Of a stretch of DNA of 38,267 nucleotides, positions 19,416-29,987 are shown in pieces. Made by a program: the position numbers and the translations under genes. Numbering within the stretch: position 1 is the stretch's first letter; every line of letters begins with the position of its first letter. Source of the DNA: an uncultured Prevotellaceae bacterium (GTDB lineage: Bacteria > Bacteroidota > Bacteroidia > Bacteroidales > Bacteroidaceae); assembly GCA_900313715.1 (NCBI GenBank), contig OMSH01000183.1:1-38267 (forward strand), read 5' to 3'. The notes under the pieces are model-generated. The model saw nothing but the letters and a program-made list of their open reading frames with translations. It had not been told where the DNA came from and ran no database searches.

Positions 19416-21260
19416 ATGGATAAAAATACCATTACCGGCATGGTGCTGATATTCCTCGTATTGATTGTTTTCAGCTATCTGAGCCGTCCGTCACAAGAAC
19501 AACTTGCTGCCCAACAGCAGTATTATGATTCTATAGCACAAGTGCAGCAACGTGCTGCTGAATTGCAGGCTAAGGCCGAAGCGGCTTTGGCCAACGAGCG
19601 TGCTACAGCTTCCAAAGACTCTGCTTCATTGTTTTTCGGCGCCACACAAGGTACATCCGAGTTGGTAAGCATAGAGAACAATTTGGCCAAGCTGACGCTC
19701 AACACCAAAGGTGGCAGCCTCTATTCTGTAACCCTGAAGGAGTATATGAGTCAGGACAAGGTAACACCAGTTACCCTGTTTGAGGACAGAGATGTATCAC
19801 TTAACTATCTGCTGTATAACGCCCAAGGTGCTATTGAGACCAGCGAATACTACTTCACTCCTATCAACAAAAGTGAGCAGGCTGTAACGATGCGTCTGAA
19901 AGCTTCAGAAGAGAGCTATGTTGACTTTACCTACACCATGCATCCTGACACCTATCTGGTGGACCTGAACATTCAAGCTGTGGGTATGAATGGCAAACTG
20001 GCTTCCAGTAACAACCATATTGACATTGAATGGAGACAGCGAGCTCGCCAGATTGAGAAGGGTTATACCTACGAGAACCGCCTGGCTCAGTTGACTTACA
20101 AGACAGCTGACGATGTAGAGGAGATGTCTGCCAGTAGTGAAGACCACGAAGAAGTGGCTGAGCCTCTGACTTGGGTGGCTTTCAAGAACCAGTTCTTCTC
20201 AGCAGTAATGATTAGTGACACCGGCTTTAACAGTGCCAAATTAGACTCTAAGATGGAGGATCGTAACAGTGGATATATCAAGGACTATGCTGCTGATATG
20301 AATACCGCCTTCGACCCGACAGGCAACCAGCCAACCGAGATGCACTTCTACTTCGGTCCCAACCATTACAAGATTCTCTCTGCCCTTGATGACAACAGAG
20401 AAAAGGACTGGAATTTGCAGCGACTTGTATATCTGGGATGGCCTATCCTTCGATGGATCAACCAATTCTTTACCATCAACGTATTCGACTGGCTCACTAA
20501 GCTGGGCTTGGGCATGGGGCTTGTGTTGCTCTTTATGACACTGATTGTAAAGATTGTGATTTTTCCTACTACCTGGAAGACCTACATATCTTCTGCCAAG
20601 ATGAAAGCACTGAAGCCAAAAGTCGATGAAATCAATGCAAAATACCCCAATGAGGCTGATGCAATGAAGAAACAGCAGGAGATTATGACGATGTATAGTC
20701 AGTACAGGGTAAGTCCTATGGGCGGCTGCCTGCCAATGCTCATTCAGTTCCCTATCCTGATGGCCTTGTTCTTGTTTGTTCCAAGTGCTATTGAACTGCG
20801 TCAGCAGAGCTTCTTGTGGGCGGATGACTTGAGTACTTACGACTCGTTTGTAACTTTCCCTTTTAACATTCCGTTCCTGGGTGATCACTTGAGCTTGTTC
20901 TGTGTATTGATGTGCGTTACCAACCTGCTCTACATGATGTATAACATGAAGATGCAGGACACTGGTGCCAACCCATCAATGGCAGCTATGAAATATATGA
21001 ACTACATCATGCCTGTGGTATTCCTTTTCATCTTGAACGACTATCCTGCGGGCTTGAACTATTACTACTTCCTGAGCACCCTCATCAGTGTGGTAACAAT
21101 GGCCTGGATGCGTTATTCTACCGATGATGCCAAGTTGCTGGCGCAGTTAGAAGCCAACAAGAAAAGCCCTAATGAAATGCGTAAGACGGGCTTCCAGGCA
21201 CGTTTGGAGGCGATGCAGAAACAGCAGGAAGAGATGCAACGTCAACGTAAAAACCGTTAA
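19416..21260 (+). CDS. yidC: Membrane protein insertase YidC
   Basis: [51 protein letters not shown]. Confidence 0.97.
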   Translation: MDKNTITGMVLIFLVLIVFSYLSRPSQEQLAAQQQYYDSIAQVQQRAAELQAKAEAALANERATASKDSASLFFGATQGTSELVSIENNLAKLTLNTKGGSLYSVTLKEYMSQDKVTPVTLFEDRDVSLNYLLYNAQGAIETSEYYFTPINKSEQAVTMRLKASEESYVDFTYTMHPDTYLVDLNIQAVGMNGKLASSNNHIDIEWRQRARQIEKGYTYENRLAQLTYKTADDVEEMSASSEDHEEVAEPLTWVAFKNQFFSAVMISDTGFNSAKLDSKMEDRNSGYIKDYAADMNTAFDPTGNQPTEMHFYFGPNHYKILSALDDNREKDWNLQRLVYLGWPILRWINQFFTINVFDWLTKLGLGMGLVLLFMTLIVKIVIFPTTWKTYISSAKMKALKPKVDEINAKYPNEADAMKKQQEIMTMYSQYRVSPMGGCLPMLIQFPILMALFLFVPSAIELRQQSFLWADDLSTYDSFVTFPFNIPFLGDHLSLFCVLMCVTNLLYMMYNMKMQDTGANPSMAAMKYMNYIMPVVFLFILNDYPAGLNYYYFLSTLISVVTMAWMRYSTDDAKLLAQLEANKKSPNEMRKTGFQARLEAMQKQQEEMQRQRKNR

Positions 21261-21263
21261 AGA

Positions 21264-22328
21264 ATGGCAGAAAAGAGATCCATTAATCGCAGGCAGTTCA
21301 TCAAGAATTCTGCATTGCTGAGCATGAGTGGCTTTATTCCTGCATCAGGGATTGCTGCTACACGTGTTGCTACTACTACAGGTGAAAAGTTCATGAACTT
21401 CACCTATAAACCTAATGGGAAGTTCAAGATCTTGCAGCTCACCGACACCCATTATATAGCTGACGACCCTCGCTCTGAACGTGCTTTGAAAAATGTATGC
21501 GAAATGCTTGATGCAGAAAAGCCAGATTTGGTGATTCATACGGGTGATATCATCTTTGGGAAACCAGCAGAAAAGAGTGTGCGTGAGCTTTTCGCACCCA
21601 TTTCAGAACGTAAGATTCCGTTTGCGGTAGCGTTAGGCAATCATGATAGCGATTTTGACCTAACCCGCCAAGAAATTTTCGATGTGATTAAGTCGTTGCC
21701 ATATAATATTAATTCTACTGTTACAGGACTTTATGGCGTGAGCAATGACATTATCACCTTATCGAAAGACAATGAAGAAAAACCTCAGTGGGTGTTTTAT
21801 CTTTTCGATTCTAACAGTCTATGCGGATTACCCGGGGAGATTGAAAAGGGTTGGGGCTACATCCATTTCCCTGAAATCAACTGGTATCGTCAGCATAGTG
21901 CGGCATTCACCAAACAGAATGACGGAAAGCCAGTGCCATCATTATCATTCTTCCATATTCCCCTTCCCGAGTTCATCTATGCCTTTAGACTTGAGAACCA
22001 TCGCATCTTGAAGGGTAACTTCGGGGAAGAGCCTTGTTCTCCTCCTGTGAATTCTGGTATGTTTGTTAGCATGAAAGAAATGGGTGATATAAAAGCTATT
22101 ATTTGTGGACATGACCACGATAATGACTATGCTATGAAATGGAACGACATCTTCTTGATGTATGGCCGTTTCAGTGGCTGTGATACCGTTTACAACAATT
22201 TGAAACCTAATGGGGCCAGAATTATCGAGCTTACGCAGGATGACACCAGCTTCCGCTCGTGGGTTAGGTTGTATGGTGGTGAAATTACTCAGGATCTCAA
22301 ATATCCGGATGACTTCAGAACTTATTGA
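21264..22328 (+). CDS. Calcineurin-like metallophosphoesterase with a twin-arginine-type leader
   Basis: NRRQFIK leader; TDTH, TGDI, LGNHD, FFHIP, CGHDH motifs. Confidence 0.9.
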   Translation: MAEKRSINRRQFIKNSALLSMSGFIPASGIAATRVATTTGEKFMNFTYKPNGKFKILQLTDTHYIADDPRSERALKNVCEMLDAEKPDLVIHTGDIIFGKPAEKSVRELFAPISERKIPFAVALGNHDSDFDLTRQEIFDVIKSLPYNINSTVTGLYGVSNDIITLSKDNEEKPQWVFYLFDSNSLCGLPGEIEKGWGYIHFPEINWYRQHSAAFTKQNDGKPVPSLSFFHIPLPEFIYAFRLENHRILKGNFGEEPCSPPVNSGMFVSMKEMGDIKAIICGHDHDNDYAMKWNDIFLMYGRFSGCDTVYNNLKPNGARIIELTQDDTSFRSWVRLYGGEITQDLKYPDDFRTY

Positions 22329-22637
22329 TGCTACTTCACGGGATAGCATGACAAAAGGTATATCATGAGTATTGCCACCGTCATCTATCCCCTTCTCTGA
22401 TAATCCCCACGAGGTGAAGGAACGGCATCTACGGGGTGTTCCGATATCTGTTATACCCCCATAGAAATATCTCCTTACCCTCGTAGATGACTTTGCGATA
22501 CCCCATGGCAGATAGCGGAACAAGGCAAAAGAGTCATGAGTATTATCAGTTAATAATAACATCCACTGAATCAACTACTTACTAAATGCTTTTTTATTTT
22601 GATGCCGAAGTGATTCATAGTGAAAAAGCGAACAATA

Positions 22638-22672
22638 ACAATAAAAGCTGCTCATTGAGCAGCTTTTATTGT
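22638..22672. terminator. Intrinsic terminator directly downstream of tRNA-Asp, probably bidirectional
   Basis: Perfect 16-bp inverted repeat ACAATAAAAGCTGCTC/GAGCAGCTTTTATTGT. Confidence 0.85.
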
Positions 22673-22673
22673 G

Positions 22674-22747
22674 CGGTGCGTACGAGACTCGAACTCGTGA
22701 CCCCGTGCGTGACAGGCACGTATTCTAACCAACTGAACTAACGCACC
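22674..22747 (-). tRNA. tRNA-Asp (GTC)
   Basis: GGTGCGTTAGTTCAGTTGGTTAGAATACGTGCCTGTCACGCACGGGGTCACGAGTTCGAGTCTCGTACGCACCG folds as a cloverleaf; anticodon loop CTGTCAC; CCA not encoded. Confidence 0.97.
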
Positions 22748-22765
22748 ATTGTTGGTTTGCAGATG

Positions 22766-22796
22766 CAAAGGTAATACAATATTTTGAATCTGCAAT
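22766..22796 (-). promoter_or_regulatory. tRNA-Asp promoter
   Basis: Minus strand ATTG-N19-TACCTTTG. Confidence 0.7.
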
Positions 22797-22828
22797 AGAA
22801 ATATGCAGAAAAAAACGAGCAAAAGACA

Positions 22829-23872
22829 CTATATCTTGGTAAGTTTCTGTAATTGTTTCTTTCCTATATCAATTAACTCGTTGTTGCGCTGACGGATACC
22901 CTCAAAAAATTGCTCATTTATCTGACGAATACCATTGATCACTTCCTGTGCCAGGTCTAATACCGAGTTGTTCTTGCTATCGTCGGCAGGGACTATCACC
23001 TGCAGACCTGCATGATGTATCTTGACTTTCAGATTGGCACCCATATTCACAGGATCGCCGTCATAGTGCACTACTCCAGGCTTCTCACGACGTATGTTGA
23101 TGGTCTTACAGCGGAAAGTCTTGATATGGCTATTCTGGTCTATCGTCTTGGTAAACAACTGCAATGCCAACGATGGCACGTCCAATGGTGTAAATGGATT
23201 AAGGATGGTAACATCCAGCAAACCATCATTAAGAGTGGCCTTGGGGGCAATATAGGCATTGTTTCCATATTGGGCCGCATTGCCGCAGGCAATGAGAAAC
23301 GCCTGATACGTCTCTGTCTCATTGCCATCAACGGTCACTTTATAGGTTTCTGGCTTATAATTCAGTGAAGCATTGAGCGATTGTTCAATATACGTATTTA
23401 GGCCTCGCTTCCCAGCTTCAGCAAACTTCAAGCTTACGAAAGCATCGAACCCCACCCCACAGGTACAGAAAAACTTGCGACGATTAATGGTACCGTAGTC
23501 AATGCTTTCCACATGTCCCTCGTTAATCACCTCCAACGCCTTTTGAGGCTGCATACTGATTTGCATATGGCGAGCCAAACCATTTCCTGAACCACAAGGA
23601 ATGATACCCAATGCAGTTGATGTATGTGTCAATGCACGAGCCACTTCGTTCACTGTACCATCACCACCAATGGCCACCACGGCAAAATGTCCCTCTTTGG
23701 CACACTGTGCAGCAATCTCTTCTGCATGACCCGCATATTGGGTATATTGAATCTGAAACGTATATTGATCTATATCCAGCTGTTCATTGATCAAAGCAAT
23801 AATCTGCTCCTTTTCCTGAGTACCGGATATAGGATTGACGACAAAGGTAATATGTTTTTTTTCTTTTTCCAT
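22829..23872 (-). CDS. Diacylglycerol/lipid kinase family protein (YegS/DAGK-like)
   Basis: VNPISG, GGDGTVNEV, IPCGSGNGLAR, YGNN, DGLLDV, HYDGD. Confidence 0.93.
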   Translation of the reverse strand: MEKEKKHITFVVNPISGTQEKEQIIALINEQLDIDQYTFQIQYTQYAGHAEEIAAQCAKEGHFAVVAIGGDGTVNEVARALTHTSTALGIIPCGSGNGLARHMQISMQPQKALEVINEGHVESIDYGTINRRKFFCTCGVGFDAFVSLKFAEAGKRGLNTYIEQSLNASLNYKPETYKVTVDGNETETYQAFLIACGNAAQYGNNAYIAPKATLNDGLLDVTILNPFTPLDVPSLALQLFTKTIDQNSHIKTFRCKTINIRREKPGVVHYDGDPVNMGANLKVKIHHAGLQVIVPADDSKNNSVLDLAQEVINGIRQINEQFFEGIRQRNNELIDIGKKQLQKLTKI

Positions 23873-23892
23873 AGTTAACGGTCAGGCATCAG

Positions 23893-26262
23893 TTAGAACT
23901 TAAACGCTACATCTGCCTTGATCCATCGACCTTGCTGCAGCAAGGCTCCATTCGAGTTCATACCGCCTTGATAATACTTCAGGTTAAACAAATTATGGAT
24001 ATTCACGCCCAGTTCCAAACGTCCAATCTTATAGTTAGCGCCTGCATCCACCAACACACGTCCGGCAACATCAAATTCCCTCATAGCGTTTAATTGGTTC
24101 CAATGGGCAATAAAACCTGACTGACCACTGTACGTGGTAATATGGGTATGAAGTTTTAAGTTCTTAACCATTTCCCAAGCCAAAACTGTATTGGTAATAA
24201 AATTAGGCATGTAGAGAATCCTATGAGGATGCAATGTTGTGGAATATTCAGCATCATCCGATCTCATCACCTCCATAGAAAAGTTGGCACTGAACCTCTT
24301 GCTCTTATACGAAGAGCTGAGTTCCAAACCGTATGTTGAATATGGAGTTGAATTCACATGTAAGAATCCATTCGCATAGATCAGGTCATCTGAATGATTG
24401 AAAAATCCGTTCAGTTCCACCATCAAACCAGGTACAGGGTTTACCAATTGGAATGTCAGCTGCCATGATTTCAGTTTCTCTGGCAGCAAATCTGTTGACG
24501 CCCTCAACAAATCATTGGTTTTCCTGTAAAGATAAGGAGCATCAACGAACGACCTTGAATAACTCAACTTAACATTCCATTTGGGTTGCAGGAAAATTAA
24601 TGCCACACGTGGTGAAAACTCATGGATGATCTTATTGTTATATTGTTTTTTATAGTCATATCTTAATCCGGCGCTCAATATCAGGTTTCCCCAGATATGC
24701 TTCAATTGGGCAAAGGCATCAATGCTATGTTCTTTGCCTAAATTACCTCTAAGGTATTGCGACATATCAGCCAACACTTGGTTATAACTATGCCCCAATA
24801 CATAACGGACATCCAACAGTTCATAGTAGTCATACTCCGTACCGGCCGTTATCAAACCACGATGATTATCACCCAGCTTATAGGATAAATCACCTTTAAA
24901 CTGGATGCCTACGGTGCGGTCCTGTCCATCAAGATAGTGATAAATACCATTATATAAACTTAAGATACTATCTACATTAACTCCTGGTATATTGGGCAAA
25001 CCAATAAACTCACTAAGGTGTTCAGCCTTTTCGTCAGTCACCACATTATACCTCATCATGTCGCTTTCATCATATTGGAGTTTTCCTCCGAGAGATAAGT
25101 TCCTCCTGGTCCAGGTATAAGCAACATCAAGATGATGAGAACGCGTGGATGTACCAGGACGCCTGCCATTGAAGGTTGTATAATTGCCATATTCATACGG
25201 AGAAGCCGTATATCTGTAGGACAATGGTGGAATAAACTGAGAGAAATGTGTATTGTACAAAAGAGAAAGGCCTTTCCATTTTAAAGACAAGCCCAGGTCG
25301 TAGGTCGGCAGATTACCTATTCCACCAAGCGTTATATCACCTTCTTTCAGCATCAAGCCTGTATCTTGAAGGGGCATAAAACGCTGTTGTCCCTTAGCCT
25401 TATATATATTTGCCCATACCAATACATCCAAGTCGAAATAACGCTTTCCAAACAAGAAATCACCGCTAATCTGTCCGTAGTTACCCAAGCTGCCCTTCAC
25501 CTTGACGCCATCCACATCAGCACCATTCTTGGTAATAATATTCACTACGGCCGACAAAGCCACACCACCATAAAGTGATGAAGCAGGTCCACGCAACACC
25601 TCTATCTGCTTTACCTTCTCTAAGCTCATACTGAAGTCAGGACTTGCCGTATTGGTAGTATAGCTGTTCAATCGATGACCGTCTAAGAGGAATAGAATCT
25701 TCTCCTGGGATGAGCTGTACATCGAACGCATCGAAATGTTGAGATCTTCGTTGCAATCTACATCCGTCATGCCTGGCACGAATGCCAACAGCGCTTCCTT
25801 AATGTTCCTGGCTCCACTGTTGATGATCATCTCTTCGGTAATCAAGGTTACAGGCACAGGCGACTCATTGAGATTCTCAGCCTGACTTGATGCAGTGGTA
25901 ATAGTAGCACCCATACCGCTCTTCATCTTTTCCACCAGGTCTATGAATCGCTGGGGGTCTTCAGAAGTAGTAGTATAATAAGGATTTTCCTGTAAGAGCA
26001 AAGATACATAGCTTTCGGCATTAGCATCGTTATCCAATCCCAAGTTGGCGAGAGCCAATAACCTATAGGCGCCTTGCTTTGAAGTACCCTTGAACAGATT
26101 AATGTTTTTCGTTAACAAATCATCCACATATTCCAGTCTTCCAATGGAATACGCATTCTCAGCATCGTTAAAGATAGAAAGCTGTTGGTCTGTGTCAACT
26201 TGTGCATGAAGCTGCGACATCATGCACACACACATTATTATATAAATAGCCAGTCTTTTCAT
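23893..26262 (-). CDS. TonB-dependent receptor with an N-terminal helical (TPR-like) extension
   Basis: Signal MKRLAIY...LHAQ (ATG 26262 overlaps the kinase stop as ATGA); plug ESPVPVTLIT...LLDGHRLN...IEVLRGPASSLYG...VVNIITK; SAGLRYD, NIHNLFN, terminal Phe. Confidence 0.9.
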   Translation of the reverse strand: MKRLAIYIIMCVCMMSQLHAQVDTDQQLSIFNDAENAYSIGRLEYVDDLLTKNINLFKGTSKQGAYRLLALANLGLDNDANAESYVSLLLQENPYYTTTSEDPQRFIDLVEKMKSGMGATITTASSQAENLNESPVPVTLITEEMIINSGARNIKEALLAFVPGMTDVDCNEDLNISMRSMYSSSQEKILFLLDGHRLNSYTTNTASPDFSMSLEKVKQIEVLRGPASSLYGGVALSAVVNIITKNGADVDGVKVKGSLGNYGQISGDFLFGKRYFDLDVLVWANIYKAKGQQRFMPLQDTGLMLKEGDITLGGIGNLPTYDLGLSLKWKGLSLLYNTHFSQFIPPLSYRYTASPYEYGNYTTFNGRRPGTSTRSHHLDVAYTWTRRNLSLGGKLQYDESDMMRYNVVTDEKAEHLSEFIGLPNIPGVNVDSILSLYNGIYHYLDGQDRTVGIQFKGDLSYKLGDNHRGLITAGTEYDYYELLDVRYVLGHSYNQVLADMSQYLRGNLGKEHSIDAFAQLKHIWGNLILSAGLRYDYKKQYNNKIIHEFSPRVALIFLQPKWNVKLSYSRSFVDAPYLYRKTNDLLRASTDLLPEKLKSWQLTFQLVNPVPGLMVELNGFFNHSDDLIYANGFLHVNSTPYSTYGLELSSSYKSKRFSANFSMEVMRSDDAEYSTTLHPHRILYMPNFITNTVLAWEMVKNLKLHTHITTYSGQSGFIAHWNQLNAMREFDVAGRVLVDAGANYKIGRLELGVNIHNLFNLKYYQGGMNSNGALLQQGRWIKADVAFKF

Positions 26263-27089
26263 TTCTTTGCTGGTATAGTAAATGTGAAACAAGCATACTC
26301 ACCTTCCTTTGAGTCCAAGTCTATACGTCCGTGATGCCTGTTCACAATAATATCATACGTAATGGCCATTCCTAATCCTGTACCCTGCCCGGCAGGTTTG
26401 GTGGTAAAGAAATTCTCATAGATATGTTTCTTCACTTCTTCGCTCATGCCTTCGCCATTATCTTTTAAAGTAACCACCACATCATTGCCGTCACTTTTAA
26501 CACTAACCTCTATTGTTGGAACATAGTCAGCAGGAGCATATTGTGATTTCTTCCATACAGCATAGCATGCATTGTTCACCACATTCAGAATAGCCCTGTT
26601 AAAGTCTTGTGGAATTATCTGAACCATAGGCATATTCTCTTGATAATCCTCATGAATGCTGATATTGAAACCCTTGTAATTAGCACGCATGGCATGATAC
26701 GACAACCACACATACTCTTTTACAGAACGGCAAATATCAGTAGGAATAAACTCTCCTTCCTTTCCTCTAGACATCATTAAAATGCCCCTGATGATACTGA
26801 TGGCCCGCTCACCATGCTCTACGATTTTGTTCATGTTTTCTTGCAAGTCGGCCACGATGTCATCCAATTCCTCACGGTCGGCCTCGTCTATCTTGTCTTC
26901 GTTATCTTCAACGATATCATTAAGATCTTTCAATAATTTGAAAGACATCTTGCTGAAATTGATGACAAAATTCAGGGGATTCTGAATCTCATGGGCAATG
27001 CCGGCACTCAACATTCCCAACGATGCCAGCTTTTCCTGGTCTTTTAGCTGTTGTCTCAGCGTTTCCAATTCTTGATTCTGCGTATCCAT
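26259..27089 (-). CDS. Stand-alone cytoplasmic histidine kinase (HisKA + HATPase_c) with no sensor or TM segment
   Basis: EKLASLGMLSAGIAHEIQNPLNF (H-box), LNVVNNA (N-box), DNGEGM (G1), FFTTK (F), GTGLGM (G2); only about 18 aa precede the H-box helix. Confidence 0.93.
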   Translation of the reverse strand: MDTQNQELETLRQQLKDQEKLASLGMLSAGIAHEIQNPLNFVINFSKMSFKLLKDLNDIVEDNEDKIDEADREELDDIVADLQENMNKIVEHGERAISIIRGILMMSRGKEGEFIPTDICRSVKEYVWLSYHAMRANYKGFNISIHEDYQENMPMVQIIPQDFNRAILNVVNNACYAVWKKSQYAPADYVPTIEVSVKSDGNDVVVTLKDNGEGMSEEVKKHIYENFFTTKPAGQGTGLGMAITYDIIVNRHHGRIDLDSKEGEYACFTFTIPAKK

Positions 27090-27093
27090 ATCA

Positions 27094-29982
27094 TCATTGT
27101 TTTAATAAAGGAATCTCTATAACAAACTCGGCAAATTCGTCTTTTACCGATTCCACTCGTATATTACCACCATGATTCTGAATAATTTCATGGCTCAGGT
27201 ACAATCCTACACCAGACGCCTCACCAGTGGTCTTGGTGGTAAAGAATGGGTCGAATATCTTGTCAATAATCGTCTGCTCAATACCCACACCATTATCGTG
27301 CACCGTCAGTTTCACCTTATCCTCCAAACGCTCCACTTTCAGCACAGCTTCAGGCTGGAATTGAACACGTTGCGACTTCTTAACCAAAGAATAAATGCTG
27401 TTGCCCAGAAAACTCATAATGGATTTACTCAGTTGCTCAGAATTTCCCATCATATGCAAAGAGTCATAGGGGCAATCCAGTTTAGTAACGATGTGGCACT
27501 CTTTTATATCCTTCTCGTAATACTTGTTCATCATCTCAAAATTGAGGTTCAGCAGTTCAACCAGATTCATTTCCTGCATGCCACCCGACCTGTCTTTAAG
27601 GATTTCCTCCATCGCCTTGAGGGTTCGAGTGGTACTCAGTCCGTGCTGCTCTACCTTCTCCAAGTTTTGTGACAACATCTCAAGCACATCCATCGTGTCC
27701 TCAAAGTTCTCTTGATCCATGTGGTCCTCTTCATCCTCAATATTGGCCTTCAAGTCTTTAATCAAGCCGCTCGACAACTTCGAGAAGTTGTTGATGTAGT
27801 TCATCGGGTTCAGAATACGGTCAATCAAACCCTGGGTCAGTTTACCAGCTGTAGCCATCTTCTCCTGACGAATCAACTGTTTCTGGGCAGCTTCCAAATC
27901 ATTCAATGCTTTCTGCAAGCTGGCAGATTTTTCCTCAATCTCATCTTTCTGCTTGACAATCTCATCTCTTTGCTTCACCACCTCAGCTGTACGTTCCTGC
28001 ACTATACCTTCCAATTTCAACTTTTCCCTCTCCAATCGGCGGGTACGCCAACGGGCAACAGCCATCATCAACAAGACCAACAAGAAGACATATACCACTC
28101 CCATATACCATGTTAAATATATTGGAGATTTGATGCGGAAATGCAATGGTTCTGCTTCCCACAATTTTCCCTTGGCATCTAATGCCTGTACCACCAGATT
28201 GTAGCTTCCGTAAGAAAGGTTGACAAACTCAATTGTCTGGTTCTCCGACCAAGTAGTCCAGCTGTTATTATTCAGCTTATATCTATATAATGTCTGTCCT
28301 ACCAACGATTCAGAATGCAATGCATACGTAATGGTCAGATGTCTTTCTGTACTGGGCAAATTACGAAGGGTTTCAGGCGCTTTGTCGAATCCAGCCCAAA
28401 CCAGACTATCATTACTAATTCTTACAGTACAGATGTCAAGTTCGTTATCAGCAGTCAGCAACGGGTCAGGATGAGTGATATCCAACACCACCAGTCCGTA
28501 GTTGCCACCAATCCACAACAAGCCGTCTTTCAATACCATGGAACGCACGGTATAGTCCTTCAATGGAGAGAGTATTTCATCATATTCATCCATCCGTCTG
28601 CCGTCTTTGTAAGCATAGAGATTTTTACTCTCTTTATCTGTCAGCCAAAGCACTCCATTGTCATCGGCAAACGAGAAACCAGGGTAAGCGAATGGCTCTT
28701 CGTCATCCACCGTTACCACCGTCACGTTTCCGTCTTGATAGATAAAGGTTGCCAATTCCTCATTCCTGGCGTATTCTGTATTGGCAAAGAGCTTTCCGTT
28801 GAAGGTTGTTTTTCCCACCTCACCATATAGGTTACGCAGCCATAATGTGCCCTCTTGGTCAACCTTCATGTCCATTACGCTTTCCATGCTCAGCACCTTA
28901 GTATGTTCAAATCTGGTGTTGAAATAAACACCGTCAATCTCACCGCTATAGAAACCATCATTGCCGAGCATGATGGATGTAGTACTGGATGTGGTCAAGT
29001 GTTCTACTTTGTTGCCATTGATACGATACACACCATTAGAGGTTGCTGCCAGTAATGCATCACCACGTCTGTTTAACTGCCAACAAGCCAGGTCAAATCC
29101 AGGTATTTGTACGAAACGAGTGCCCTCTTGCTTGAATAAGCCTGCCATGGTACCCACATACAGCTGATTATTCAACACATACATTGACAGCACCTCACCC
29201 CTCAATCCTTCTGTAGCTGTATATCTGGTATATGACGAAGGCACCATTATGGAAAACACACCATTGTCAGTAGCTCCCCACAACATACCCTTACCATCAT
29301 AGGACATTCGGTTTATATTATTGTTTATGAGTCCGTTTTCTTCAGTGAAGCTAAATAACACATTTCCTTTGCCATCAGTAAAGTTAATACCCTTACCTTC
29401 TGCTGCCACCGCATAGAAATTATCCTCCAGCTGCAATCTTTGGGTATGATCTATTGAATACGACTGAAGTCCATCTTGTTTTTCCTGTGGAATAGAAACC
29501 GCGCCATCCACTACTTTTGTCCACTTGTCATTCTCATCCACACGATATACCACGTTATCCACCGTCGAGAAAAACAGTACACCGTTCGCCTCCCATATTC
29601 TGTTAACTTCACTCCTTATATTAGCGATTTCTTCAAGAGGATGAAACGTGAGGTCTTTCACCTCATTAAGTTCCAAGTAGCCCATATAGTTGTAGCCACC
29701 ACTCCAAATGGTACCATCACTGTCTTTATAAAGAGCGGTTACACGTGTAATACCTGGTGTATGCTTGATATCCCATGTAGCTTGGTCATAAATCAGCAAA
29801 CCTTCAAAATTGGCCACATATACCACCCCCTCTTCTGGTTCTGCCAGAATATCAAAATTGCGGTTATGGGCATCATATTCTTCTGGCAGATAATTGCGAA
29901 AGAAAGGCAATCCCTGTGCAGAGACAGCCGTTGTGCCCGCTACACAAGCGATGATAAACAATATGTAATGTATAAATTTCAT
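27094..29982 (-). CDS. Membrane sensor (periplasmic beta-propeller + Y_Y_Y + TM + coiled coil + HK-like module) lacking the phosphoacceptor His
   Basis: Signal peptide, LWGATDNG-type propeller repeats, YRYKL...LSYGSYNLVVQA, TM, LEGIVQERT coil; H-box reads GLIDRILNP; N, G1, F and G2 boxes present. Confidence 0.9.
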   Translation of the reverse strand: MKFIHYILFIIACVAGTTAVSAQGLPFFRNYLPEEYDAHNRNFDILAEPEEGVVYVANFEGLLIYDQATWDIKHTPGITRVTALYKDSDGTIWSGGYNYMGYLELNEVKDLTFHPLEEIANIRSEVNRIWEANGVLFFSTVDNVVYRVDENDKWTKVVDGAVSIPQEKQDGLQSYSIDHTQRLQLEDNFYAVAAEGKGINFTDGKGNVLFSFTEENGLINNNINRMSYDGKGMLWGATDNGVFSIMVPSSYTRYTATEGLRGEVLSMYVLNNQLYVGTMAGLFKQEGTRFVQIPGFDLACWQLNRRGDALLAATSNGVYRINGNKVEHLTTSSTTSIMLGNDGFYSGEIDGVYFNTRFEHTKVLSMESVMDMKVDQEGTLWLRNLYGEVGKTTFNGKLFANTEYARNEELATFIYQDGNVTVVTVDDEEPFAYPGFSFADDNGVLWLTDKESKNLYAYKDGRRMDEYDEILSPLKDYTVRSMVLKDGLLWIGGNYGLVVLDITHPDPLLTADNELDICTVRISNDSLVWAGFDKAPETLRNLPSTERHLTITYALHSESLVGQTLYRYKLNNNSWTTWSENQTIEFVNLSYGSYNLVVQALDAKGKLWEAEPLHFRIKSPIYLTWYMGVVYVFLLVLLMMAVARWRTRRLEREKLKLEGIVQERTAEVVKQRDEIVKQKDEIEEKSASLQKALNDLEAAQKQLIRQEKMATAGKLTQGLIDRILNPMNYINNFSKLSSGLIKDLKANIEDEEDHMDQENFEDTMDVLEMLSQNLEKVEQHGLSTTRTLKAMEEILKDRSGGMQEMNLVELLNLNFEMMNKYYEKDIKECHIVTKLDCPYDSLHMMGNSEQLSKSIMSFLGNSIYSLVKKSQRVQFQPEAVLKVERLEDKVKLTVHDNGVGIEQTIIDKIFDPFFTTKTTGEASGVGLYLSHEIIQNHGGNIRVESVKDEFAEFVIEIPLLKQ

Positions 29983-29987
29983 ATCTC

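Noticed and set aside
21945-22574. 209-aa minus-strand ORF
   Set aside because: Mostly antisense to the phosphoesterase, TTG start, no recognisable motif.
26263-26292. Longer TBDR start given in the ORF track
   Set aside because: Lies inside the kinase gene; ATG 26262 gives an ATGA overlap and a clean signal peptide.
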